Of a stretch of DNA of 64,000 nucleotides, positions 56,552 to 64,000 are shown one piece after another; within the stretch, counting starts at the first letter, position 1, and every line of letters starts with the position of its first letter. The position numbers were made by a program, and so were the translations under genes. Under the pieces are notes generated by a model. That model saw only the letters and a list, made by a program, of their open reading frames with translations. It had not been told where the DNA came from and ran no database searches. The DNA is taken from positions 4,207 to 68,206 of the forward strand of contig JBHLRS010000009.1 of the NCBI GenBank assembly GCA_048882325.1, in the 5' to 3' direction. Source of the stretch: Candidatus Thorarchaeota archaeon. GTDB lineage: Archaea > Asgardarchaeota > Thorarchaeia > Thorarchaeales > Thorarchaeaceae.

Positions 56552-57793
56552 GTGCCTCAGCGAAATTGCATTTGGACTGTCATGCCGCACGACTATGTTG
56601 AAGATGAACTCAGTAGGCGTAGTGTCTTCAAATCTGAACAATTCCTATCGATAGACTATGTGCCAGAGAGTCTTCCCCATCGACAGTCCGAGATTAGAAC
56701 ACTTGTTCAAAGTTTCAAGACTTTGATCAGTTCACCGGGGCGCACTAGTCACAAGTTCATCATTGAAGGTCCTGTGGGAACAGGGAAGACAGCGGTGGCT
56801 AAGCGGTTTTCTGAACAGATGATTCAAGCTGCAAAGCGGAGAAATATCAGACTCCACAGTATCCATATTAACTGCCGTGTTAACAAGACCGCATATCTCG
56901 TTTTTCTTAGAGCTCTAAGGGAGTTCAAACCGAAATTTCCTAGACGTGGTCATTCTCCTGACGAGTTACTACAGATGCTAGTTGAAGTCCTTGATGAGGA
57001 GGATCGCTATCTCCTTCTGATTCTTGACGAACTTGATTACTTCATTAGGCAAAGGGGATCAGACATTCTCTATGACCTCACAAGACTAATGGATGACCGA
57101 CTAAATGCCACACAGCGCCTCTCAATAATAGGAATTGGTCGTAAGATTCCTCTTGATGATGAAATTCTGGATTCTAGTACACGTAGTACGCTCCAGCGTA
57201 ATGTCCTCCGTTTCTCGAGGTATAATCGCGATGCGCTTTCTGACATCCTCACCGACCGTGTAGATATGGCATTTGAGAGTAAGGCAGTCATGGATGAAAC
57301 GATTCAAGTAATCTGTGATATTGCAGCTGAACATGGTGATGCACGATATGCAATTGAACTCCTCTGGCGTGCAGGAAAACGTGCAGATCGTGACCGAGTA
57401 GATGTTGTAATTCCTGACTATGCCCGTCGTGCAAAAGCTGACACACATCCAGAACTCAGAAAAGAGATTTTTGCTGCATTGCCAACACAACACAAACTTC
57501 TGCTCCTAGCTGCAGCAAGACAGCTTAGGGAAATTCGTAGTGCCTATGTCACCATAGGCGAAGTCGAAGAGATGTATCGTACAATTTGTGAAGAGTATTA
57601 TGAAGAACCTAGAGCTCATACTCAGATTTGGGAATGGGTACAAGATCTTCACTCTCATGGTATAATTGATACGAAAAAATCAGGGACAGGACAAAGAGGA
57701 CAGACAACTCTCATAGGCTTTTCAGACGTTCCAGCTGAGATGTTGGAGCAATTTCTCTCAGGATTACTTGATACATCTAAGGAGGCTGTGTGA
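56552..57793 (+). CDS. cdc6: Second Orc1/Cdc6 paralog.
   Basis: Walker A IEGPVGTGKTAVAK and Walker B LILDELD. The sensor and wH regions are collinear with the first paralog. Confidence 0.85.
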   Translation: MPQRNCIWTVMPHDYVEDELSRRSVFKSEQFLSIDYVPESLPHRQSEIRTLVQSFKTLISSPGRTSHKFIIEGPVGTGKTAVAKRFSEQMIQAAKRRNIRLHSIHINCRVNKTAYLVFLRALREFKPKFPRRGHSPDELLQMLVEVLDEEDRYLLLILDELDYFIRQRGSDILYDLTRLMDDRLNATQRLSIIGIGRKIPLDDEILDSSTRSTLQRNVLRFSRYNRDALSDILTDRVDMAFESKAVMDETIQVICDIAAEHGDARYAIELLWRAGKRADRDRVDVVIPDYARRAKADTHPELRKEIFAALPTQHKLLLLAAARQLREIRSAYVTIGEVEEMYRTICEEYYEEPRAHTQIWEWVQDLHSHGIIDTKKSGTGQRGQTTLIGFSDVPAEMLEQFLSGLLDTSKEAV

Positions 57794-57799
57794 AAATAG

Positions 57800-58084
57800 A
57801 TGAACGACGATAATGTGTCAAAGATTCCTATAGAGGAGATATTCTCGTCAAGAGGTCGAATCAAAATTCTCAAGGAACTGGCTGCTTCAAATGAGCTGAA
57901 TATCTCAGAATTATGTAGGAGAGTAGATCTCAATCATAGCTCTACTAAATCACATCTAGAAGTGTTGTTGAGTTCGGGTCTGATAGAAGAAAAGAAATTT
58001 GGCAGAATCAAAATTTACCGATACAAGATTGAGGACCTCAGAGCACGTTCATTAAGAAGTTTGTTTAATCTTTGGGAGTCATGA
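57800..58084 (+). CDS. Small winged-helix DNA-binding protein (ArsR/Lrs14-like).
   Basis: The HTH pattern ISELCRRVDLNHSSTKSHLEVLLSSGLIEEKK. 94 aa. Confidence 0.45.
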   Translation: MNDDNVSKIPIEEIFSSRGRIKILKELAASNELNISELCRRVDLNHSSTKSHLEVLLSSGLIEEKKFGRIKIYRYKIEDLRARSLRSLFNLWES

Positions 58085-58974
58085 GAGGGTTCCAGAATAT
58101 GGTTAGCTATCTCTCTCGCCTATTCTATCTTGGTGACAACTATTATGGCTCACAATACCAACCAGGACTTACCACTGTCCAAGGAGAACTAATTGATGCA
58201 CTTTCAGATTGGAGTGGAGAGCATCATTCCACCCAAACAGTTCAGATCTCCGGTAGAACCGACAGAGGAGTTCACAGTATTGGTCAGTTAGTGATGGTGT
58301 CCACGGAAAAACAGTTCAATATTGACAAAATAAATCGGTACCTCCCTGATGACATCATATTATGGGCTTTTACAGTTGCACCTTCTAATTTCGTGCCTCG
58401 CTATGATGTATTGATGCGACACTATCGATACTATCTTGATCAATCTTGGTCACAGGTGAATCTGACATCTGTTAAGAAGGCTGTATCACTTCTTGTTGGG
58501 TCAAATGATTTCAATCGCCTTGCAAAACCTGATGGTGATAGAAACACAGTCACAACAATTCTGAATATATCAATACATGAATTCAACGGATCATACTTTT
58601 TAGATATCTTTGGAACTCGATTTCTTTGGAAACTCATTCGTAAAATGATCACTCTGCTCACAGAAATTGGCAAAGAAAGAATCAGACTTGATGCAATTAA
58701 TGACATTCTCTCAGGAAAACGAGTTCTTGCAAGTGGCGTTCAGCCAGCACCTCCAGAGAATTTGGTTCTTATGGAATCAGTTGTACCAATTAGGATGACG
58801 ACAAGCAAAAACGCAGTCAGACTAATTCGAACTATGTTGGCGGATCAACTTGGTAGATATAGACGCGCAATTACGACAATCGAAAATGTCAGTGGTTTCT
58901 TTTCTGAACCAAAGATGACTTTTCAACATTCAACCAAGCAGCAAAATCACTCAGACTCTTTGGATTTATCTTGA
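58072..58974 (+). CDS. truA: tRNA pseudouridine synthase TruA/Pus1 family.
   Basis: The catalytic GRTDRGVHS (Asp motif) and a YxY motif MRHYRYYL. 300 aa. Confidence 0.75.
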   Translation: MGVMRGFQNMVSYLSRLFYLGDNYYGSQYQPGLTTVQGELIDALSDWSGEHHSTQTVQISGRTDRGVHSIGQLVMVSTEKQFNIDKINRYLPDDIILWAFTVAPSNFVPRYDVLMRHYRYYLDQSWSQVNLTSVKKAVSLLVGSNDFNRLAKPDGDRNTVTTILNISIHEFNGSYFLDIFGTRFLWKLIRKMITLLTEIGKERIRLDAINDILSGKRVLASGVQPAPPENLVLMESVVPIRMTTSKNAVRLIRTMLADQLGRYRRAITTIENVSGFFSEPKMTFQHSTKQQNHSDSLDLS

Positions 58975-60109
58975 TAATCTCATGAATAACATCAAGATGA
59001 GTACTTCTTACTCTCCTTTTTGAAACTCCTGTGAGAGAAGATAGGGCGCTACGAACCTCAGACTGTTTGTCGCGTTTTCTATTCCCTTGCCAAACTAATA
59101 ATGGCCATGTGGGTTGTGAATACTTAACTCGCCGGAATGGTGATTCAGATCGACTCATTGCCACTCCCAGTGAAAGGAAATCGTAAAAGTATGCAAGAAG
59201 TTTCCAGTTCTGGTCTCTCATAATTCTTCCAAGCGTCATATCAGCAAGAGAGAGCTGTTCAAACCCCTCATCCAGTTCTTTTGGAGTTAAAAGATGAAGA
59301 TGAAGGTTCTCTTCTAGCCATAGCACCAATGAATCGTGGTTAAGCTCAGATTCAGATACTGCTCTTTTTGCCATTTTAGAATCAGCTGATGCAAACAGAT
59401 GCCAGAGTGTTTCTTCTGTTCCTCTTTTTGAATCTCTAAAGACTGTCTCTATTGCTGAAGATGTCAAACCACTTCTTACATGTGACTCCAAATCAGAGAT
59501 TGCAGCACGCAGGTCACCTCCAGAACCTTCGATAATCTCATCCAGAACGTCACTTGAAACATCCGCCTTGTTTTCAGATAATATGCGTTTCAAGACCTTT
59601 TCCATGTCGTCGTTATCGATAAGACCGAAATTGAAGACTTGACATACCTTCATCAAGTCCTTGAGACGTGGACTGTTCGGATCATTTGCAGTCATCACAA
59701 TCGGATGAACTGTATCTTTGATCACCTTCAAGATTGCACCAACGCCACCTCTGTCGCTAGTCCCAGAGAGACCATCAACTTCATCAAGCAGTATAATTCG
59801 TGGTCTGCCATCAAGAGTTTGTTGAGATACGGCTCGCCAAACAAGTGTTTCAATACTATCCTTGTTCCTTTTATCACTCGAATTGAATTCTACAAGTTCC
59901 ATATTCATTTCATTTGCTAATGCGCCTACTGACGCTGTCTTTCCTGTTCCTGGAGGACCAATTAGGAGTGCTGCTCTCTTACTCGGTATCTGTGATGACC
60001 ATGATTTAACCCATGTTTTGAGTGATGTCAGAGTTTCTTGATTTCCAACAAGACTGTCCGTTTTTTTCGGACGATGTTTCTCGGGCCAAGGTAGACTTTC
60101 GTTGGTCAT
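58889..60109 (-). CDS. rfcL: Replication factor C large subunit.
   Basis: Walker A LLIGPPGTGKTASVGALA and Walker B ILLDEVDGL. The C-terminal region is typical of RfcL. It is overlapped by rfcS. Confidence 0.85.
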   Translation of the reverse strand: MTNESLPWPEKHRPKKTDSLVGNQETLTSLKTWVKSWSSQIPSKRAALLIGPPGTGKTASVGALANEMNMELVEFNSSDKRNKDSIETLVWRAVSQQTLDGRPRIILLDEVDGLSGTSDRGGVGAILKVIKDTVHPIVMTANDPNSPRLKDLMKVCQVFNFGLIDNDDMEKVLKRILSENKADVSSDVLDEIIEGSGGDLRAAISDLESHVRSGLTSSAIETVFRDSKRGTEETLWHLFASADSKMAKRAVSESELNHDSLVLWLEENLHLHLLTPKELDEGFEQLSLADMTLGRIMRDQNWKLLAYFYDFLSLGVAMSRSESPFRRVKYSQPTWPLLVWQGNRKRDKQSEVRSALSSLTGVSKRRVRSTHLDVIHEIIKINPKSLSDFAAWLNVEKSSLVQKRNH

Positions 60110-61065
60110 TCCGAATCACTACCAAATCCTAACCGAGCTAATAGTGATGAGAGCTGTATCTCACCATTAGCCCCTTCGCCAACTCGAAATTCTATCTCTG
60201 CCGTTTGATCAAGTATATCCATTCGTTTTCGATTATCTAGACCGAGACTCTCAATCTCTCGATGCATTTGTTTCACTAAATCCACAGGCGATACTCCTTG
60301 TTGATAGATAAGATTCCTAAGACTGTCAAGTGATTCGAGGTAGTTACCCTCTTTAGCATCGCTAAGCATTTTTCTCACAATTTCGGGACTAGCTCTGCCT
60401 GATATTGAATAAACAATCTCATCGGTCACTTTCTGACCTGTTGATGATGCGGCTTGAAGAAGGTTGATAGCTGCTCTCATATCACCCTCAGCAAGATACA
60501 AGATTGCTTCAGTTCCAGCTGCAAGAAGACTCACTCCTTCCGCCTTAGAAATAAACTTGAGCCTGCTTGCTATATCCTCATTATCAAGTCGAGAGAATCG
60601 AAATATTGCACATCTTGATTGGATAGGTGGAATGATACGACTAGAGTAATTACAAATCAATACCATTCGACATGAGGAAGCATAGGACTCCATGGTTCGT
60701 CTCAGAGCATGCTGAGCATCTGCGGTGAGATGGTCGGCTTCATCAAGAATAAGTATCTTGAATGGTGCATCGCCTGATGGCATAGTTCTTGCAAAATTCT
60801 TGATCTGATTTCGCACAACGTCAATACCTCGTTCGTCACTAGCATTTAGCTCCATGAAATTTCTTTCAAATGTGTCACCAAAGAGATCTCTTGCCATTGC
60901 CATTGCTGCAGTAGTCTTACTTGTTCCTGGTGGTCCTGCAAACAAACAATGAGGTACTGCTTTGGTTTCTACAAATTTCTTCAAGCTCTCTACTAATGAT
61001 TCTTGACCTATTATCTCGCCAAGAGTCGGAGGCCGATACTTTTCAGTCCACAGGTCCAAATCCAT
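60106..61065 (-). CDS. rfcS: Replication factor C small subunit.
   Basis: Conserved blocks WTEKYRP, LFAGPPGTSKTT, ILILDEADHLT and SRC (SRCAIFRF). The start was moved to the internal Met (MDLDLWTEKYRP). The ORF-track start at 61164 adds 33 atypical residues. Confidence 0.85.
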   Translation of the reverse strand: MDLDLWTEKYRPPTLGEIIGQESLVESLKKFVETKAVPHCLFAGPPGTSKTTAAMAMARDLFGDTFERNFMELNASDERGIDVVRNQIKNFARTMPSGDAPFKILILDEADHLTADAQHALRRTMESYASSCRMVLICNYSSRIIPPIQSRCAIFRFSRLDNEDIASRLKFISKAEGVSLLAAGTEAILYLAEGDMRAAINLLQAASSTGQKVTDEIVYSISGRASPEIVRKMLSDAKEGNYLESLDSLRNLIYQQGVSPVDLVKQMHREIESLGLDNRKRMDILDQTAEIEFRVGEGANGEIQLSSLLARLGFGSDSE

Positions 61066-61247
61066 TTGTTGTTTCCATCCATTATTGATGAATAGGTTGC
61101 CAGCAGCACTGGTCAAATCTATAACGACTCTTTCTTTGCGCCTTAAAAGATTCTCTGGCAACACAACTATTTCTCACAGACAAAGCATAGGATTAATCAC
61201 TCTGGCTCGTAATCATAGAGCAAGGGCTTTATCTCGGCACGGTAAGA

Positions 61248-61823
61248 ATGAGGTGTGGAAATTTCATGAAGCTTTGTAGTGAAGCAAAAGAGGAAATGAA
61301 ACGCTTTGAAATGATGTTTCTTAATGAAACTCGAGAGTGTATATTCCAAAAGCCAATATCTAGGATTGTCGTTGGCGGAACCAAACTTGGTCCTTTCAAG
61401 AAAGGAGACCGTGTCACCTTTCCTAATTGGGTAATAGAACAGTTTCTGAAACATGACTTAGTAGACATTGTACCTGAGGACGCCTATGACTCGCTAAGAC
61501 GACTTCAGAATCTCTATCGAGAAGAAGAGAAGCAACCGCACAAGCTACAGACATTTCAACCATATCTCTATACTGCGCTCAGCAGGAAAATACTTCGATT
61601 GCAAAGTGACAGAACATCGATAGATCCGAGAAAGTACGACGAGATTGAAAGACTGCAGCGTATGCTTCCATTTTTGGTCGAAACTAGATTATCAAAGATA
61701 CTTCGAGTTGCCAAATCTGGTGCTTACCAAGACAAGAGAAAACAGATGGCTCATGAGGAGCGATGGCTGTGCGAAGAGCTGATTAGTTTACTCTCTGGAT
61801 GGCGCCAAAACATCATGGAATGA
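61248..61823 (+). CDS. Hypothetical protein upstream of mcm, possibly GINS subunit Gins23.
   Basis: Its position directly before mcm mirrors the crenarchaeal gins23-mcm arrangement. It is a largely helical 191-aa protein. No diagnostic motif. Confidence 0.35.
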   Translation: MRCGNFMKLCSEAKEEMKRFEMMFLNETRECIFQKPISRIVVGGTKLGPFKKGDRVTFPNWVIEQFLKHDLVDIVPEDAYDSLRRLQNLYREEEKQPHKLQTFQPYLYTALSRKILRLQSDRTSIDPRKYDEIERLQRMLPFLVETRLSKILRVAKSGAYQDKRKQMAHEERWLCEELISLLSGWRQNIME

Positions 61824-61915
61824 ACAATTAGTATTAGTGCCCTTAAATACAAGTCAAAAAGAACAAGGAGTCGAATACTGACAAACGAAAATGAACGATA
61901 TCGAGGCTGAGAAAA

Positions 61916-63976
61916 ATGTCAGATGAACAAGAAAGATTCGAAGAGTTCCTAAGAACCTACAAAGATGAACAGGGAACTCTGACTTATTGGTCAAGAATCC
62001 AACAAATGTCAATTAATGATGAAATTTCACTCACTATCGATTTTCAGGATTTGACAAGCTTTGATAATGTATTCATGGCACTAGCAGCGGAAGACCCTCA
62101 GAAATTTTTGGAGTTGTCTGACAATGCTCTAATTTCAGTTCTTCGAATAGAGGACCCTGATTATGTTAACAGCCTCGATGTCAGTTTCATAAAGACACGG
62201 TTTGTCAATTATCCTGATCATGTAGCTCTTCGTGCGCTTCGTTCGCGGCATATTGGAAAACTGATCCATATCAGTGGTATCATGATGAGAGCCAGTGAGG
62301 TCAAGCCATTACTGGTTCAAGCTATGTTCCTGTGCAGAATCTGTCAGGCTGAGATTCCTCAACCACAGGAAGAAGGAAGATATACTGAACCAGCATTGTG
62401 TCCTGTTTGTACAAAGAAGACGCCTATGCGTCTGATTCCTCAGAAATCACAGTTTAAGGACTGGCAGAAAGTACGAATCCAAGAATCACCGGAAGAACTC
62501 CCTCCTGGACAAATGCCTCGTTCAGTTGATGTCATCTTGGAGGGGGATATCGTAGATATTTCTCGTCCTGGGGAACTTGTCAAGGTGACTGGAACCCTTC
62601 AAACATCTCCTGACTTCTCAAGAAGAGGTGGAAAACTAGCAACTTTCAACGTCTTCATTGAAGCAAATGGAGTAGAAATATCTGAAAAGGAATACGAGCA
62701 GCTTGAGATATCAGAGGATGATGAGAAGCTGATAAAGGAACTTGCTGAGGACCCATATGTACATGAAAGAATATTCGCATCGATAGCCCCTTCAATACAG
62801 GGTCATGAACATATCAAAGAATCAATTGCGCTGCTCCTCTTTGGAGGGGTTGGGAAGACGCTCCCCGATGGTACACGCCTTCGAGGCAAGTCAAACATTC
62901 TGATGATTGGAGACCCTGGAACAGGAAAAAGCCAGATTCTCAAGTTTGTTTCTGGACTAGCAGCTCGAGGATTATACACATCTGGGAAAGGGACTACTGC
63001 AGCCGGACTCACTGCAGCTGTTGTTCATGATACTGAATCTGGTGCTATGACTTTGGAAGCTGGGGCACTGGTTCTATCCGATCAGGGAGTTGCATGCATA
63101 GATGAATTTGACAAAATGGACCCCAATGATCGCACTGCAATACATGAAGCTATGGAGCAGCACACAGTAAGCATCGCAAAAGCTGGAATTGTTGCAACTT
63201 TGAATGCAAGAACCTCTATTCTTGCAGCTGCCAACCCTACCTTAGGACGATATGAATCTTCACTCTCTGTTCAAGATAATATCAGACTACCATTCACTAT
63301 TCTTTCAAGGTTTGATTTGATTTGGATTCTGGTGGACACTGTCGAAGCAACAAGAGACCGTGAGCTTGCACAGTTCATTCTTAATATGCATCAAATGAAG
63401 AAGGAAAAAGGTCAGACTGCAACACCCACTATTGCTCCTGAGTTCTTGAAAAAGTACATAGGATATGCAAATCGATACGTCATACCCCAGTTAACACCGG
63501 AAGCCGCAGAAGTAATCGAGAACTTCTATGTTGACCTCCGGAAGAGTGCAGAAGGAGGAGCCTCACCAGTACCAATCACAGCACGTCAACTGGAATCACT
63601 TGTTCGTCTATCTGAGGCGAGAGCACGCATGGCCTTACGGACCAAAGTTACCAAGGAAGATGCTCAAGCAGCCATTAGACTCATGGAAGAATCCTTGCGG
63701 ATGGTAGCACTTGATAGAATAACGGGGAAGATCGATATCGATCGTCTTGTATCTAAGATGAGTGCATCACAACGTAGCTCATCAGATATAATCATCAAAG
63801 CAATTCGTGATATGGAGGCTGAAGGGACCTCGACTGTGAACAGGGACGCTCTGATTCAGAGAGCAGTTTCGATGGGTCTACCTCGTGAACGTGCTGAAGA
63901 GGTTATTGAGAAACTGTTAGCTGAAGGGATTCTGTATAGTCCACGCGAAGGCAAAATAAGACACTCTCAGAGCTAG
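61916..63976 (+). CDS. mcm: MCM replicative helicase.
   Basis: A zinc finger CRICQAEI...CPVCTKK. Walker A MIGDPGTGKSQILK. Walker B CIDEFDKM. The arginine finger SRFDLI. A C-terminal wH domain. Confidence 0.9.
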   Translation: MSDEQERFEEFLRTYKDEQGTLTYWSRIQQMSINDEISLTIDFQDLTSFDNVFMALAAEDPQKFLELSDNALISVLRIEDPDYVNSLDVSFIKTRFVNYPDHVALRALRSRHIGKLIHISGIMMRASEVKPLLVQAMFLCRICQAEIPQPQEEGRYTEPALCPVCTKKTPMRLIPQKSQFKDWQKVRIQESPEELPPGQMPRSVDVILEGDIVDISRPGELVKVTGTLQTSPDFSRRGGKLATFNVFIEANGVEISEKEYEQLEISEDDEKLIKELAEDPYVHERIFASIAPSIQGHEHIKESIALLLFGGVGKTLPDGTRLRGKSNILMIGDPGTGKSQILKFVSGLAARGLYTSGKGTTAAGLTAAVVHDTESGAMTLEAGALVLSDQGVACIDEFDKMDPNDRTAIHEAMEQHTVSIAKAGIVATLNARTSILAAANPTLGRYESSLSVQDNIRLPFTILSRFDLIWILVDTVEATRDRELAQFILNMHQMKKEKGQTATPTIAPEFLKKYIGYANRYVIPQLTPEAAEVIENFYVDLRKSAEGGASPVPITARQLESLVRLSEARARMALRTKVTKEDAQAAIRLMEESLRMVALDRITGKIDIDRLVSKMSASQRSSSDIIIKAIRDMEAEGTSTVNRDALIQRAVSMGLPRERAEEVIEKLLAEGILYSPREGKIRHSQS

Positions 63977-64000
63977 GTCATATCGCACTGCGGAGAGGAA

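Noticed and set aside
1-64000. Search for CRISPR arrays, transposases, integrases and rRNA genes
   Set aside because: No direct repeat-spacer arrays were seen. No DDE/serine/tyrosine recombinase-like ORFs were seen. No rRNA-like segments were seen. The large open regions are all accounted for by protein genes.

Overview
Archaeal chromosomal segment of about 40% GC with dense, mostly operonic coding on both strands. The replication, transcription, exosome and KEOPS genes, the small GTPase with Roadblock partners, and the four intron-bearing tRNAs point to a TACK or Asgard-type archaeon. Exact taxonomy cannot be determined from the sequence alone. The window starts with a heterodisulfide-reductase operon (hdrC-hdrB-hdrA2-hdrA with an MvhD fusion). 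It then runs into a striking information-processing island: priS-PCNA-TFS, rpoL-csl4-methyltransferase, orc1/cdc6 with an ORB-like candidate origin, the PolD small subunit, KEOPS kae1/bud32/pcc1, S3Ae, S15, an Sm protein, herA-nurA, a second orc1/cdc6, RFC large and small subunits, a GINS-like gene and mcm. The accessory-looking content is an MglA-like GTPase operon with a tandem-Roadblock protein and an unknown third partner, and a cluster built around a giant membrane-anchored HerA/VirB4-like ATPase. That cluster also carries a FlaI/VirB11-family ATPase, a small pilin-like membrane protein and two secreted N-glycosylation-rich surface proteins. Other items are an orphan korA, a DUF460 RuvC-like coiled-coil protein, and five tRNA genes, four of which appear to carry non-canonical or multiple introns. 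No CRISPR array, transposase or integrase was recognised. All coordinates for RNA genes and for adjusted CDS starts were hand-counted from the printed sequence and may be off by 1-2 nt. The ORF track appears to accept TTG/GTG starts, so several CDS starts are approximate.
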